A DNA stretch of 64,000 nucleotides from an uncultured Spirochaetota bacterium (GTDB taxonomy: Bacteria > Spirochaetota > Spirochaetia > SZUA-6 > Fen-1364), in assembly GCA_963734545.1 (NCBI GenBank), contig CAVTHO010000004.1:192001-256000 (forward strand), given 5' to 3'. A program made the position numbers and the translations under genes. Positions 34,665 through 43,321 of this stretch are shown here, in pieces. The notes under the pieces were generated by a model that worked only from the letters and a program-made list of their open reading frames with translations, was not told the DNA's origin and searched no databases. Position 1 is the stretch's first letter. Each line of letters opens with the position of its first letter.

Positions 34665-36300
34665 TCACGCAAGATACTTGGCCCTCAACGCCACCTTGTT
34701 GATCTTGCCGACGCTGGTTTTGTCTATTGCATCCACGAACCGTATCTTGATGAGGAAAGCCTCGCGGGGAAGCACGCCCTTGTCCGCGTAATTCTTCACG
34801 TGCGCGGACAGCTCCTTCTCCGCGACCTTCTGATCCTTTTTCAGCACGACGAGCGCCACGGGGATCTCTCCCCAGGTGACATCGGGCTGGCCGACGACCG
34901 CGGACTCCGCCACGGCCTGGTGCGTGGAGAGGATGTCTTCCAGCTCCAGCGAGGACAGCCACTCTCCTCCCACCTTGATGATGTCCTTGCTGCGGTCCGT
35001 GATGCGGACCGATCCGGCGGCGTTCATGCAGGCTATGTCCTGCGTATGCATCCAGCCGCCCTCCCAGAGCCTCTGCGAGTTTGTCTGGTCCTTGAGGTAC
35101 CCCTGGGTGAGCCACGGCGCGCGCACCACGATCTCGCCGCTCGCCTTGTCGTCCCGGGGCACTTCCCCGCCTTTCTCGATCGATGACCTTGAGGTTGACG
35201 AGGGCGAACGGCCTGCCGGTGCGGCAGCGCAGGTCCGCCTGTTCCTCCATTCCCAGCGTCAGCTGCTCCGTGCTGAGCTGGCTCAGCGTCAGGACCGGGC
35301 ACGATTCCGAAAGGCCGTAGCCGACGGAGACGTCCACTCCCCGCTTGAGCGCGGCGATTGCCACAGACTTCGGAAGGGCCGCGCCGCCGATGAGGACCCT
35401 CCAGCCGGAAAGGTCCACGGCCGCGGCCGCCGGGCTGTTCACCAGCATGTTCAGGATTGTGGGGACGCAGTGGGAGAAGGTGACCTTTTCTTCCGCAATC
35501 AGCTTGAGGAGGATTTCCGGCACGTACTTGCCGGGATAGACCTGCTTGACCCCGAGCATCGTCGCCACGTACGGGATGCCCCAGGCGTGCACGTGGAACA
35601 TCGGAGTCAGCGGCATGTACACGTCTTCCCGATGAAATCGGCCCTGCGTGACGGCGGTGCCGAGCGTGGCAATGGCGCCAAGGGTGTGCAGGACGAGCTG
35701 GCGATGGCTGAAGTACACCCCCTTGGGCATGCCCGTTGTACCGGTTGAATAGAACGTGGTGGCGCGCGTGTTTTCGTCGAAGTCGGGAAACTCCTTTATC
35801 GGCTCAGCGGATGCCAGGAGGGCTTCATACTCAGCGTCGAGCGTCACCGCGGGAGGAGTGCCGGTTTCATTGATGAGGACGAACTTCTTCACCGTGTCGA
35901 TTCGGCCCTTGATCTGGTCCAGGATCGGCAGAAAATCCGAGTTGACGATGATGACCGCGTCCTCGGCGTGGGAGATCGTGTAGACGAGCTGCTCCGCGGA
36001 GAGACGGACGTTGACCGTGTGCAGGACGGCGCCGATCATGGGAACGGCGAAGAAGCACTCCAGGTAGCGGTGGCTGTCCCAGTCCATCACGGCCACCGTA
36101 TCACCCGGCTTGACTCCGATTTTTCCAAGAGCCGTGGCGAGCCGGCGGACCCTCTCCTGGAACTGCCGGTAGGTGAAGCGCAGCGTCCCGCGATAGACGA
36201 TTTCCTGGTCGGGATTGTCTACCACGGGCCCGAACATGAGATTCTTGATCAGGAGGGGGTAGCCGTAGGCGGATTCAGTTTTGAAAATGAGATTCTCCAT
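34665..36300 (-). CDS. Fatty acid/acyl-CoA ligase (AlkK/DmdB-like; frameshift near 35175)
   Basis: ATG 36300 (MENLIFKT); AMP-binding 'YSTGTTGMPKG', 'PMFHVHAWG', 'GYGLSES'; then 'DRSKDIIKVGGE', 'KTSVGK'. Confidence 0.9.
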
Positions 36301-36318
36301 TGTGTCTCCTCGGGGTGA

Positions 36319-37863
36319 GTGAAACCGAAATGTCGGATCTTGACAACCGGCAGCGCATGCGACTGGATCATATCCAGATTGGAAAAGCCTCTGTACCTTT
36401 CCGCGTCCAGCCACTACAGCCTCTATCGCCCCACCCTCTGCGAAAGGCGCGTCTACCTTGCCGCGCATGGGGAGCCTTCGCCGCCGGCATCCGATTTCGA
36501 TGTCCTGCTGAGAGACCTGGGCGAGCGGCATGAAAAGGAGCACCTTGCCGCCTTTCCGCAGTACAAGGATTTGAGCGACGGAAATCTTGCGGACCGCGCG
36601 CAGCGCACGCGGGATGCGGTTGCGCACGCGGAGCCGGTGATCTACCAGGGAGCACTTCGCGCCGCGTTCCCGGGTTCCCGCGACATTGTGTCGGGCAGCC
36701 CGGATTTCATGATCCTCGACGGGCAAAGCTACCGCATACGGGACTGCAAGCTCGCGCGGAGCATGGGCAATGGCAGGCACCCGGAGATCGATCTCCAGCT
36801 CCAGACCTACGGGTGGCTCTTCGAAAGGACTTTCTCCAGGCCGCCGTCGGCGCTCGAGGCATATCTCGGGAACCGCACCATCAGCGCAACTCCCTACCGC
36901 GGCGCCGAGAGCGCAGTGAAAGAGATTGGCCGGATCCGCGAGCTCTCCCTTCGGGAGGACGAGCCCTATGATCCGGTCGGGTGGACAAAGTGCGGCGCGT
37001 GCGTCTTTCGCGAGCGGTGCTGGACCATGGCGGAAAAAGCGCATGACGTGTCCGTCATTTACCGGGTGGACAAGGGGACTGCGCGGGCGCTGCGTGACAG
37101 GGGGATCACGACCTGGGACCAGCTCCTGGACCGCATGGACGCCAGAGCGCTGGCCAGATTGAAAAGACCGTGGGGCCCCCGCACCCAGAAGGTCGGCGGG
37201 CAGGCTGCGCGGATTCTTGCGCAGGCCCGGGCGCTCGCGGAGGGCAGGGTCGTCAGGCTCGGCAGCTTCGATCTGCCGCGCGCGGCGAGCCTTGTCATGT
37301 TCGACCTGGAGGGCATTCCTCCCCAGTACGAGGAGCTGGACAAGGTGTACCTGTGGGGCATCCAGGTGTACGGACCCGCCGGCGCCGTCGGTCCCTACAC
37401 TCCGGCCACTGCCGGGTTCGGGCCTGAAGGGGACCGCGCAGGATGGGAGCGATTCCTCGCGAACGCGCGTGAGATCCTGAGAGAGCGCGGGGATGTCCCG
37501 TTCGTCCACTGGCACGACTACGAGAAGAACAAGCTCAGGGAGTATGTCGCACGGTACGGAGACCCGGACGGAACAGCGGCACGGGTCCTCGCCGCGTGTT
37601 TCGATCTCCTGCCGGTGGTGAGGGACTCCCTTGCGCTGCCCGTGCCGAGCTACAGCCTGAAGGCCGTAGAGGGACTTGCCGGATTCGAGCGGACGATGAA
37701 GGAGTTCGGAGGGGACTGGTCCATCGGCCGCTACATCCGCGCGGTGGAGAATGAAGACGAGGCGGAACGCCGCGCGATCATGGACGAGATCCTTCGCTAC
37801 AACGAGGAAGATCTCAAGGCAACGTGGGCTGTCTTCCAGTGGGTGAAGGGGCTAGCAGGGTAA
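36319..37863 (+). CDS. TM0106-family RecB/Cas4-like nuclease with C-terminal RNase H-like (YprB) domain
   Basis: PD-(D/E)xK 'GSPDFM...IRDCK', 'QLQTY', Cys set 'CERR...CGACVFRERC', HhH-like segment, 'FDLEG', 'SYSLKAVE', 'YNEEDL'; true start uncertain. Confidence 0.85.
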   Translation: MKPKCRILTTGSACDWIISRLEKPLYLSASSHYSLYRPTLCERRVYLAAHGEPSPPASDFDVLLRDLGERHEKEHLAAFPQYKDLSDGNLADRAQRTRDAVAHAEPVIYQGALRAAFPGSRDIVSGSPDFMILDGQSYRIRDCKLARSMGNGRHPEIDLQLQTYGWLFERTFSRPPSALEAYLGNRTISATPYRGAESAVKEIGRIRELSLREDEPYDPVGWTKCGACVFRERCWTMAEKAHDVSVIYRVDKGTARALRDRGITTWDQLLDRMDARALARLKRPWGPRTQKVGGQAARILAQARALAEGRVVRLGSFDLPRAASLVMFDLEGIPPQYEELDKVYLWGIQVYGPAGAVGPYTPATAGFGPEGDRAGWERFLANAREILRERGDVPFVHWHDYEKNKLREYVARYGDPDGTAARVLAACFDLLPVVRDSLALPVPSYSLKAVEGLAGFERTMKEFGGDWSIGRYIRAVENEDEAERRAIMDEILRYNEEDLKATWAVFQWVKGLAG

Positions 37864-39208
37864 ATACTTCGAGGAGGGCGGAGTCGCCTCCCACGTTCCC
37901 GGGGAAAACGATGTAGGGAACGTCATTCCATTGCCCTTTGCCGGTCAGCCGCCAGACCGGAACACCCTTGATCACCTGGCCCAGTACATCTGCCGCCTCC
38001 ACCCCCAGGGCGCTCCGCGCGAGCTCGATGCTCGTGATCCCGCCCTTTGCAATGATATAGGCCGGTCTCCCCGTGATACGGCGCACCGTTTCACACAGGG
38101 CCGCCATGACTGCCTTGCCCGTTGCCAGGAAATCCTCGGACTGATCCCGCGTGCGGGAAGTGAAGATCACCGGTGTGGTCCCGCGCTCCAGGCACAGGCT
38201 TGCTTCACGCGCAATGCGTGCGACCTCCGGCGAGGATACCTGCAGCTCGATTCCCTGGACCCCCTTCGCGCGCAGGAGCATCTCGAGCTGCCGGGTGGTT
38301 TTCGTCACGTAGGAGCCGATGACGACGAGCCCTGCCCTTCCTTCCGGCTCGATCCCTTCCCGGGTCAGGAGAGGCCGGTCCTCGATACCCGCGCGCGCCT
38401 TTACGAAAGAGGCTGCCGTGCGATAGACAAAGCGTTTGCCGCGGCTTTCCGCCTCGATGACACCGAGCGCCAGCGCTTCCAGGTCTTCGTAACCGGCCGC
38501 ATTTGCGACGATCGGAATTCCTTTCTCCGCCCGGCAGAGGACCTCTGCAGCGAATGCAGGGCCCTTCAGCCTCAGCTCCCGGACCGGGATGCTCATGACG
38601 TCGCGGGCCTTCGTGTTCCCCCTGCTCTTTTCTTCCACCCAGTCCTTGAGGTTGCTGTGCCGGAAGCCAAAGTCAGGGTCGCGCGCGAACTCGGTCAGAT
38701 GCGCCGCAACGAGCTCCGTCCCCTCGTCGACCCAGTGGATGTCGTTGAGGGTATAGCGCCCCGCTTCGAAGAATGCGGGCACGAGGATGACGCCGTCGAT
38801 CGGACGGGAGAGCTCGGACACGAGCGCCGAGACCTCGGCGGGGAAATGGCCGCGCAGCGTGCTGTCGCTGCGCGAAGCCACCACGAAATCCACGGCCGCT
38901 GCCGCGGATGTTCTTTGCAGTGCGCGGCCCAGCTCCGCGGCAAGCCCCGCCGCCTGGGCCTCGGGAAGACTGCGGGAGTTCGTGGAGATATAGAATACGG
39001 GGTCCCCGCGGCGGAGCGCCGCGGCGAGCGTCGATTCCGACCAGTCCATGTAGACCCGCACCCCGTGAACCGTCTGTGTCCCGGTCGGGTCATCATCGAT
39101 CACGACGAGCCGCTTTCCCGACTTCTCGAGGCTGCTCCGGATCGCGCCGCGGGCGCCCGTGATTCTCATGGGCGCGGGAAGCTGCGACAGCGCGGCGGCA
39201 AGCGTCAT
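37814..39208 (-). CDS. Four-carbon acid sugar kinase family (DUF1537/YgbK)
   Basis: 'VIDDDPTGTQ', 'STNSRS', 'SRSDSTLRGH', 'PAFFEAGR', 'AKGGITS', 'FPGNVG'; ATG 39208 overlaps the SET gene stop. Confidence 0.9.
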   Translation of the reverse strand: MTLAAALSQLPAPMRITGARGAIRSSLEKSGKRLVVIDDDPTGTQTVHGVRVYMDWSESTLAAALRRGDPVFYISTNSRSLPEAQAAGLAAELGRALQRTSAAAAVDFVVASRSDSTLRGHFPAEVSALVSELSRPIDGVILVPAFFEAGRYTLNDIHWVDEGTELVAAHLTEFARDPDFGFRHSNLKDWVEEKSRGNTKARDVMSIPVRELRLKGPAFAAEVLCRAEKGIPIVANAAGYEDLEALALGVIEAESRGKRFVYRTAASFVKARAGIEDRPLLTREGIEPEGRAGLVVIGSYVTKTTRQLEMLLRAKGVQGIELQVSSPEVARIAREASLCLERGTTPVIFTSRTRDQSEDFLATGKAVMAALCETVRRITGRPAYIIAKGGITSIELARSALGVEAADVLGQVIKGVPVWRLTGKGQWNDVPYIVFPGNVGGDSALLEVFTLLAPSPTGRQPTLP

Positions 39209-39648
39209 GCGCCCGAGCCGTTCCGCCCGTTCTTCCTTGCGCAATGGAGACAGGCGCACCCCCTGGGCTTTATGAACTCGTCGAAGTACTCTTTTCCATA
39301 ATCGTATGAGAGCTCTTCCCCCGCGGAGATGTTCCTCTTCGCGTATATGAAGATCTTCAACCGGGAAACCTGCGCCACGCAATTCGGCCTGCAGGAGTGA
39401 TTGATATAGCGGCTCAGGTTCTCCCGGCCGCTGCCGTCAACGGTCCATCGCTTGTTCACCTGGAAAAGGTAGCGGCTGTTGAGGAGATCCGCTTCCGCGT
39501 TCGGCAGGAGCCTGCCCGTGTACTCAATGACAAGGTCCCCTTTTGAAATGCGCCTGCTCGCGAAAAGCCCCAGCCCGATTGGCGTCCGTCTCAGGGCAAA
39601 CTTGCCGTTGGTTCCTCCCATATGAGTGGCATAGTTTGTATCAGACAT
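39205..39648 (-). CDS. SET-domain protein-lysine N-methyltransferase
   Basis: 'GLGLFA', 'IEYTG', 'RYINHSCRPN', 'GEELSYDY', post-SET 'CACLHC'; start 39648 or 39621. Confidence 0.93.
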   Translation of the reverse strand: MSDTNYATHMGGTNGKFALRRTPIGLGLFASRRISKGDLVIEYTGRLLPNAEADLLNSRYLFQVNKRWTVDGSGRENLSRYINHSCRPNCVAQVSRLKIFIYAKRNISAGEELSYDYGKEYFDEFIKPRGCACLHCARKNGRNGSGA

Positions 39649-40291
39649 TCCCGCGCGATGCAATGGCGCAGCAACTCGTGTGCTTCCCGGAAGCTGCCGC
39701 AGGCCAGCCATGGGCCCAGGTGATCAAGAAACTCCTGGCGGGGCAGGGCGATGACCACGCGTGCGGTCATGAATGCCTGCGAGCCGCAATGGACCAGGAA
39801 CCCTCGGTCAACTACCCCCCGCTCAATACCGAGGCGCAGGGGCGCCCAATCCCGATTCCGAAGACCCTGGCCCTCCACGAACCGAAAGCCGACCGTCTCC
39901 CGTGGGGTGGATGCGACAAGGTCGATCTCTTCGCTTTGAAAGTCGTCGTGATGCGCTCTGTCAGGGAGGCTCGCAGCATGGCAAGGCTGCTGCCGCCAAG
40001 TGTCTCGATCAGCCGGCAATTCCGAAGCAGCACGTGAGGGGGCCGGCCTGCCAGGGACGGCAGCACACGGACCAGACCCGCAGTCTCGAGCGACGCAATG
40101 CGATGCAGGACCGTATGGTAGGAGATGTCGAGGCGTCGCCCGATTGCAGACGCATTCAGCGCCTGCCCATTGCAGGTGGCAATCTCCCGCAATATCTCCC
40201 GCGCAAGCGGCGTGCGCCATTCCAGCCAGTGCAGGCCCTGCGGATCCGCTGTCATCAACTGGTCGGATTTCCTCGTACGCATGCTCGCCAT
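39591..40291 (-). pseudogene. wHTH + degenerate PD-(D/E)xK (DUF4143-like) protein lacking the AAA ATPase; frameshift near 39940
   Basis: 'NGQALNASAIGRRLDISYHTV.HRIASLETAGLVRVLP', then in another frame 'EIDLV...VGFRF'. Confidence 0.55.
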
Positions 40292-40419
40292 TGGTGAAAA
40301 CGCGGAATTTAGAACTGGCACTTCTAAATTCCGTAAAATCGCAAGGCTTGCGGGTCGGTCATCGGAAAATCGCAGCCGGTACCGCGGCGGCCTGACCATT
40401 TTTCCGATAATGGGGTATA

Positions 40420-42345
40420 GTGCACGAATTGACCGAACCAAGCAGGGCAAGCTTCGACAGGGTCCTGGAACAAAAACCCACCCACGAATTGTGGTCGTCC
40501 CACAATGAAGAGTTCTGGTCCAAGGACCCCTACTATCATCTCCGCCTGGGAGAGAAAGCAGACACGAGCGGCCAGTCAATGCTCGCCCACGACATCTTCA
40601 AGGACGGCCTGCGATTGTTCCCCGGCCATCCGCGCCTGACCCAGCTCTACTGCCGTACCCTCATCAATTGCGGGTTCCTTCTCACCGCGCGGGACCTGCT
40701 CACCGACATGGTGAAACGCGGACACTTCGACGAAGAGACGCTGGGCATTCTCGGCCGGGTCTACAAGGAGATGTGGTTGATCGAGGGCAGCGGCGCTCCC
40801 GATCACCCGCATCTTGTGAAGTCCCGCGAGGTGTACCTGGGGGCGTTCAACCGCAGCAAGGGCGTCTGGACAGGCATCAACGCGGCAAGCCTCAGCCTGA
40901 TCATGGGAGACAGCGCACAGGCGGAACGGCTGGCGCGGAAGGTGATCCGGCTCTGCGCGGCGGCCTGGAGAAAGCCTCCCTACGGAGACTATTGGACCGT
41001 GGCCACGGTGGCGGAGGCGTTTCTCCTGCTGGGCCGACAGGAACAGGCGGCAAGGTACTACCGCATTGCGCGGACGCGAAGCGGGCAGGATTATTCGAAG
41101 CTGGCAAGCACGCGCCGCCAGCTCAACCTGCTCGCCCGTTACACGGCAATCGATCCGAAGGTCATGGAGACTCTCCGCATTCCACCCGTGGTGGCATTTT
41201 CAGGCCACATGCTCGACCAGCCGGGTCAAAGACGCCCGCGTTTTCCGGAGAAGGCCTCGGAGCCCGTGAGGCGGAGCATCGCGGAGATACTGGAGCGGTT
41301 CGACGTGCGGATAGGCTATGCCTCGGCGGCCTGCGGGGCGGATGTCCTGTTTCATGAATGCCTCCAGGACCGCGGTGGAGAGAGCAACGTGGTGCTCCCG
41401 TTCGCGCGCGAGGACTTCATGGAAACGAGCGTGCGCTTCGCGGGCCCCGCGTGGGTCAGGAGAGCGGAGGGCATCCTCGCGGGAAGCTCAGTGGTGGAGC
41501 AGGCCACCCGGGGCGGATACGGAGGAGAAGATCAGCTTTTCTCCTACGCCAATCGGCTCATCATGGGCAAGGCGATTCTCCGCAGCCGTTTCCTGGAGAC
41601 GGAACCGCTCCTTCTTGCCGTGTGGGACGGAGCTCACGGCGGAAAACCCGGAGGAACCGGGGAAAGCGTCGAGACATGGAGGGCAAGCGGCTTTCCCTAT
41701 GTCGTGATCAAGCCCGCAACGGCGTCAGTGGAGGAGCACGCGGGCAGCCGGCGCAGGATGAGCAGGCCGAGGGCTCGAAGTGAAAGCGCGGCACACGCCG
41801 GTCGGCAGACGGTTGCCATCCTCTTTGCCGACATTGTCGGGTACAGCCGGCTCCGGGAGGAGCAGATCCCCCACTACGTGCAGGGCTTCCTCGGCGGATT
41901 GGCCCGGATAGTTCAACGCGCCGGGCATGAGCCGCTCTACAAGAACTCCTGGGGGGATGCGATCTGCTTCATGTTCGCGGATCCCCTCGAGGCGGCGGCC
42001 TGCGCCCTGGCAATGCGCGACATGGTCCGGCACACCGACTGGGCCAGCCTCGAGCTGCCGAAGGACCTCAACATCCGCATAGGCCTGCACGCCGGCCCCG
42101 TGTACGGCTTCCACGAGCCGCTGCTGGAAAGGCGGAATTTCTTCGGCTCCCACGTCAATCAGGCCGCCCGCATCGAGCCGATCACCAGTCCGGGCAACGT
42201 CTACTCGAGCGAATCCTTCGCTGCCCTGCTGCTGGCGGACGGGAGGAACCGGTTCGACTGCCGCTACGTCGGGGTCATTGTTCTGCCGAAAGAATTCGGA
42301 AGCTATCCGATATATCATGTGAAGCGAATGACGGAAGTGGGATGA
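40420..42345 (+). CDS. Multidomain protein: TPR/MAP3K TRAF-binding-like + SLOG-like + class III nucleotide cyclase
   Basis: 'ETLGILGRVYKEMW', 'GINAASL', 'DYWTVATVAEA' (DUF4071-like); 'FSGHMLD', 'ASAACGAD', 'VVLPF', 'AVWDG..GGT' (SLOG-like); 'LFADIVGYS', 'WGDA', 'RIGLHAGP', 'GSHVNQAARIE'. Confidence 0.85.
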   Translation: MHELTEPSRASFDRVLEQKPTHELWSSHNEEFWSKDPYYHLRLGEKADTSGQSMLAHDIFKDGLRLFPGHPRLTQLYCRTLINCGFLLTARDLLTDMVKRGHFDEETLGILGRVYKEMWLIEGSGAPDHPHLVKSREVYLGAFNRSKGVWTGINAASLSLIMGDSAQAERLARKVIRLCAAAWRKPPYGDYWTVATVAEAFLLLGRQEQAARYYRIARTRSGQDYSKLASTRRQLNLLARYTAIDPKVMETLRIPPVVAFSGHMLDQPGQRRPRFPEKASEPVRRSIAEILERFDVRIGYASAACGADVLFHECLQDRGGESNVVLPFAREDFMETSVRFAGPAWVRRAEGILAGSSVVEQATRGGYGGEDQLFSYANRLIMGKAILRSRFLETEPLLLAVWDGAHGGKPGGTGESVETWRASGFPYVVIKPATASVEEHAGSRRRMSRPRARSESAAHAGRQTVAILFADIVGYSRLREEQIPHYVQGFLGGLARIVQRAGHEPLYKNSWGDAICFMFADPLEAAACALAMRDMVRHTDWASLELPKDLNIRIGLHAGPVYGFHEPLLERRNFFGSHVNQAARIEPITSPGNVYSSESFAALLLADGRNRFDCRYVGVIVLPKEFGSYPIYHVKRMTEVG

Positions 42346-43307
42346 GGGGTATGGCAGCAAAGAAGAAGAAAAAGAGGCCCGCATCGCGGAAAAAGACCGG
42401 CCGCAAGCGCCTGGCAAAGCGCGTCGCAAAGCGCGTCGTCAAGCGCGCGAAGAAGCGGACAACCCGCCGCGCCCCCAAGCGCGCGCCAAAGCGGAAGAAG
42501 AAGCGGCCTGTCCGGCGCAAGACCGGCTCGGCAAAGCGCAAGGTCGGCCGCAAGGTCCGGCGGAAAGTCGGCCGCAAGGCCAAACGAAAGACAGCCCGCA
42601 AGAAAACACGCAAACCGGCACGCAAGACGGCCCGCAAGCGGCCCAAGACCGCCGCGCGCAGGAAGAAGAAGCCTGCCCGGCGCAGGACTTCCGCCAGGTC
42701 GCGGCCCGCCCGAAAAAAGGCACGGGCCGCGAAGCGCAAGCCGGCGCGCAGAAAGACCGCTGTCCGGAAGAGCAGGAAGCCGGCGCGCCGGTTTCCCAAG
42801 GCGCCCGCGGCCGCGGCCCGCAAACGGACGCCGGGGTTCTCCCTGCGCAAGCTGGCTGCCCGGCTGAGCCCCGGCATCAAGCCTCCGATCGAGGCCTACA
42901 GCGGCAACAAGCCGTACATCTTTGCCAGCTATTCTCACAAGAACATCAAAGAGGTGTTCTGGTGCATCAAGAAGCTGGCGGAGAGCCGCTACAGGATCTG
43001 GTACGACGAAGGGATCGAGCCGGGCAATGAGTGGCCCGAAGAGGTGGGCCGGGCGCTCACGGGGTGCCAGCTCTTCCTGGTATTCATGAGCCCGGCGGCC
43101 ATGGATTCCCGGAACGTGCGTAACGAGATCAACTTCGCCTCCAGCGCGAACAAGAGCATGATGGTGGTCATGCTGCAGCCTGCCGGCCTGTCAGAGGGGA
43201 TGCAGCTTCAGATCGGGACTGTTCAGTTCGTCAGCAAGCACGAGATGACGGACGCCGAGTTCCTGGAGAAGATGAAGAAGGTGCTGGACCCCTCGCTCCG
43301 CGTCTGA
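42342..43307 (+). CDS. Histone H1/Hc2-like basic region fused to a TIR domain
   Basis: 85 of the first 150 residues are K/R (hand count) and there is no D/E before residue 184; TIR 'YIFASYSHKN', 'IWYDEGIEPG.EW', 'FLVFMS', 'SRNVRNEINFA'; start 42342 (ATGA overlap) or 42351. Confidence 0.88.
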   Translation: MRGMAAKKKKKRPASRKKTGRKRLAKRVAKRVVKRAKKRTTRRAPKRAPKRKKKRPVRRKTGSAKRKVGRKVRRKVGRKAKRKTARKKTRKPARKTARKRPKTAARRKKKPARRRTSARSRPARKKARAAKRKPARRKTAVRKSRKPARRFPKAPAAAARKRTPGFSLRKLAARLSPGIKPPIEAYSGNKPYIFASYSHKNIKEVFWCIKKLAESRYRIWYDEGIEPGNEWPEEVGRALTGCQLFLVFMSPAAMDSRNVRNEINFASSANKSMMVVMLQPAGLSEGMQLQIGTVQFVSKHEMTDAEFLEKMKKVLDPSLRV

Positions 43308-43321
43308 GGAGGGGCCCGGTT

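Noticed and set aside
34534-37515. 993-aa minus-strand ORF
   Set aside because: Antisense shadow of the TM0106 gene running into the acyl-CoA ligase (real start 36300), plus a frameshifted tail
36319-37863. Cas4 of a CRISPR-Cas system
   Set aside because: No cas1/cas2 or array, and the added RNase H-like domain fits the TM0106 family
42275-42938. R/L/F/A-rich minus-strand ORFs
   Set aside because: Mirror of the low-complexity Lys/Arg codons of the H1-like tail
40420-43307. Calling the locus Pycsar, Thoeris or CBASS
   Set aside because: No cNMP-binding domain on the TIR protein, no SIR2/Macro ThsA and no CD-NTase motifs; only components are shared
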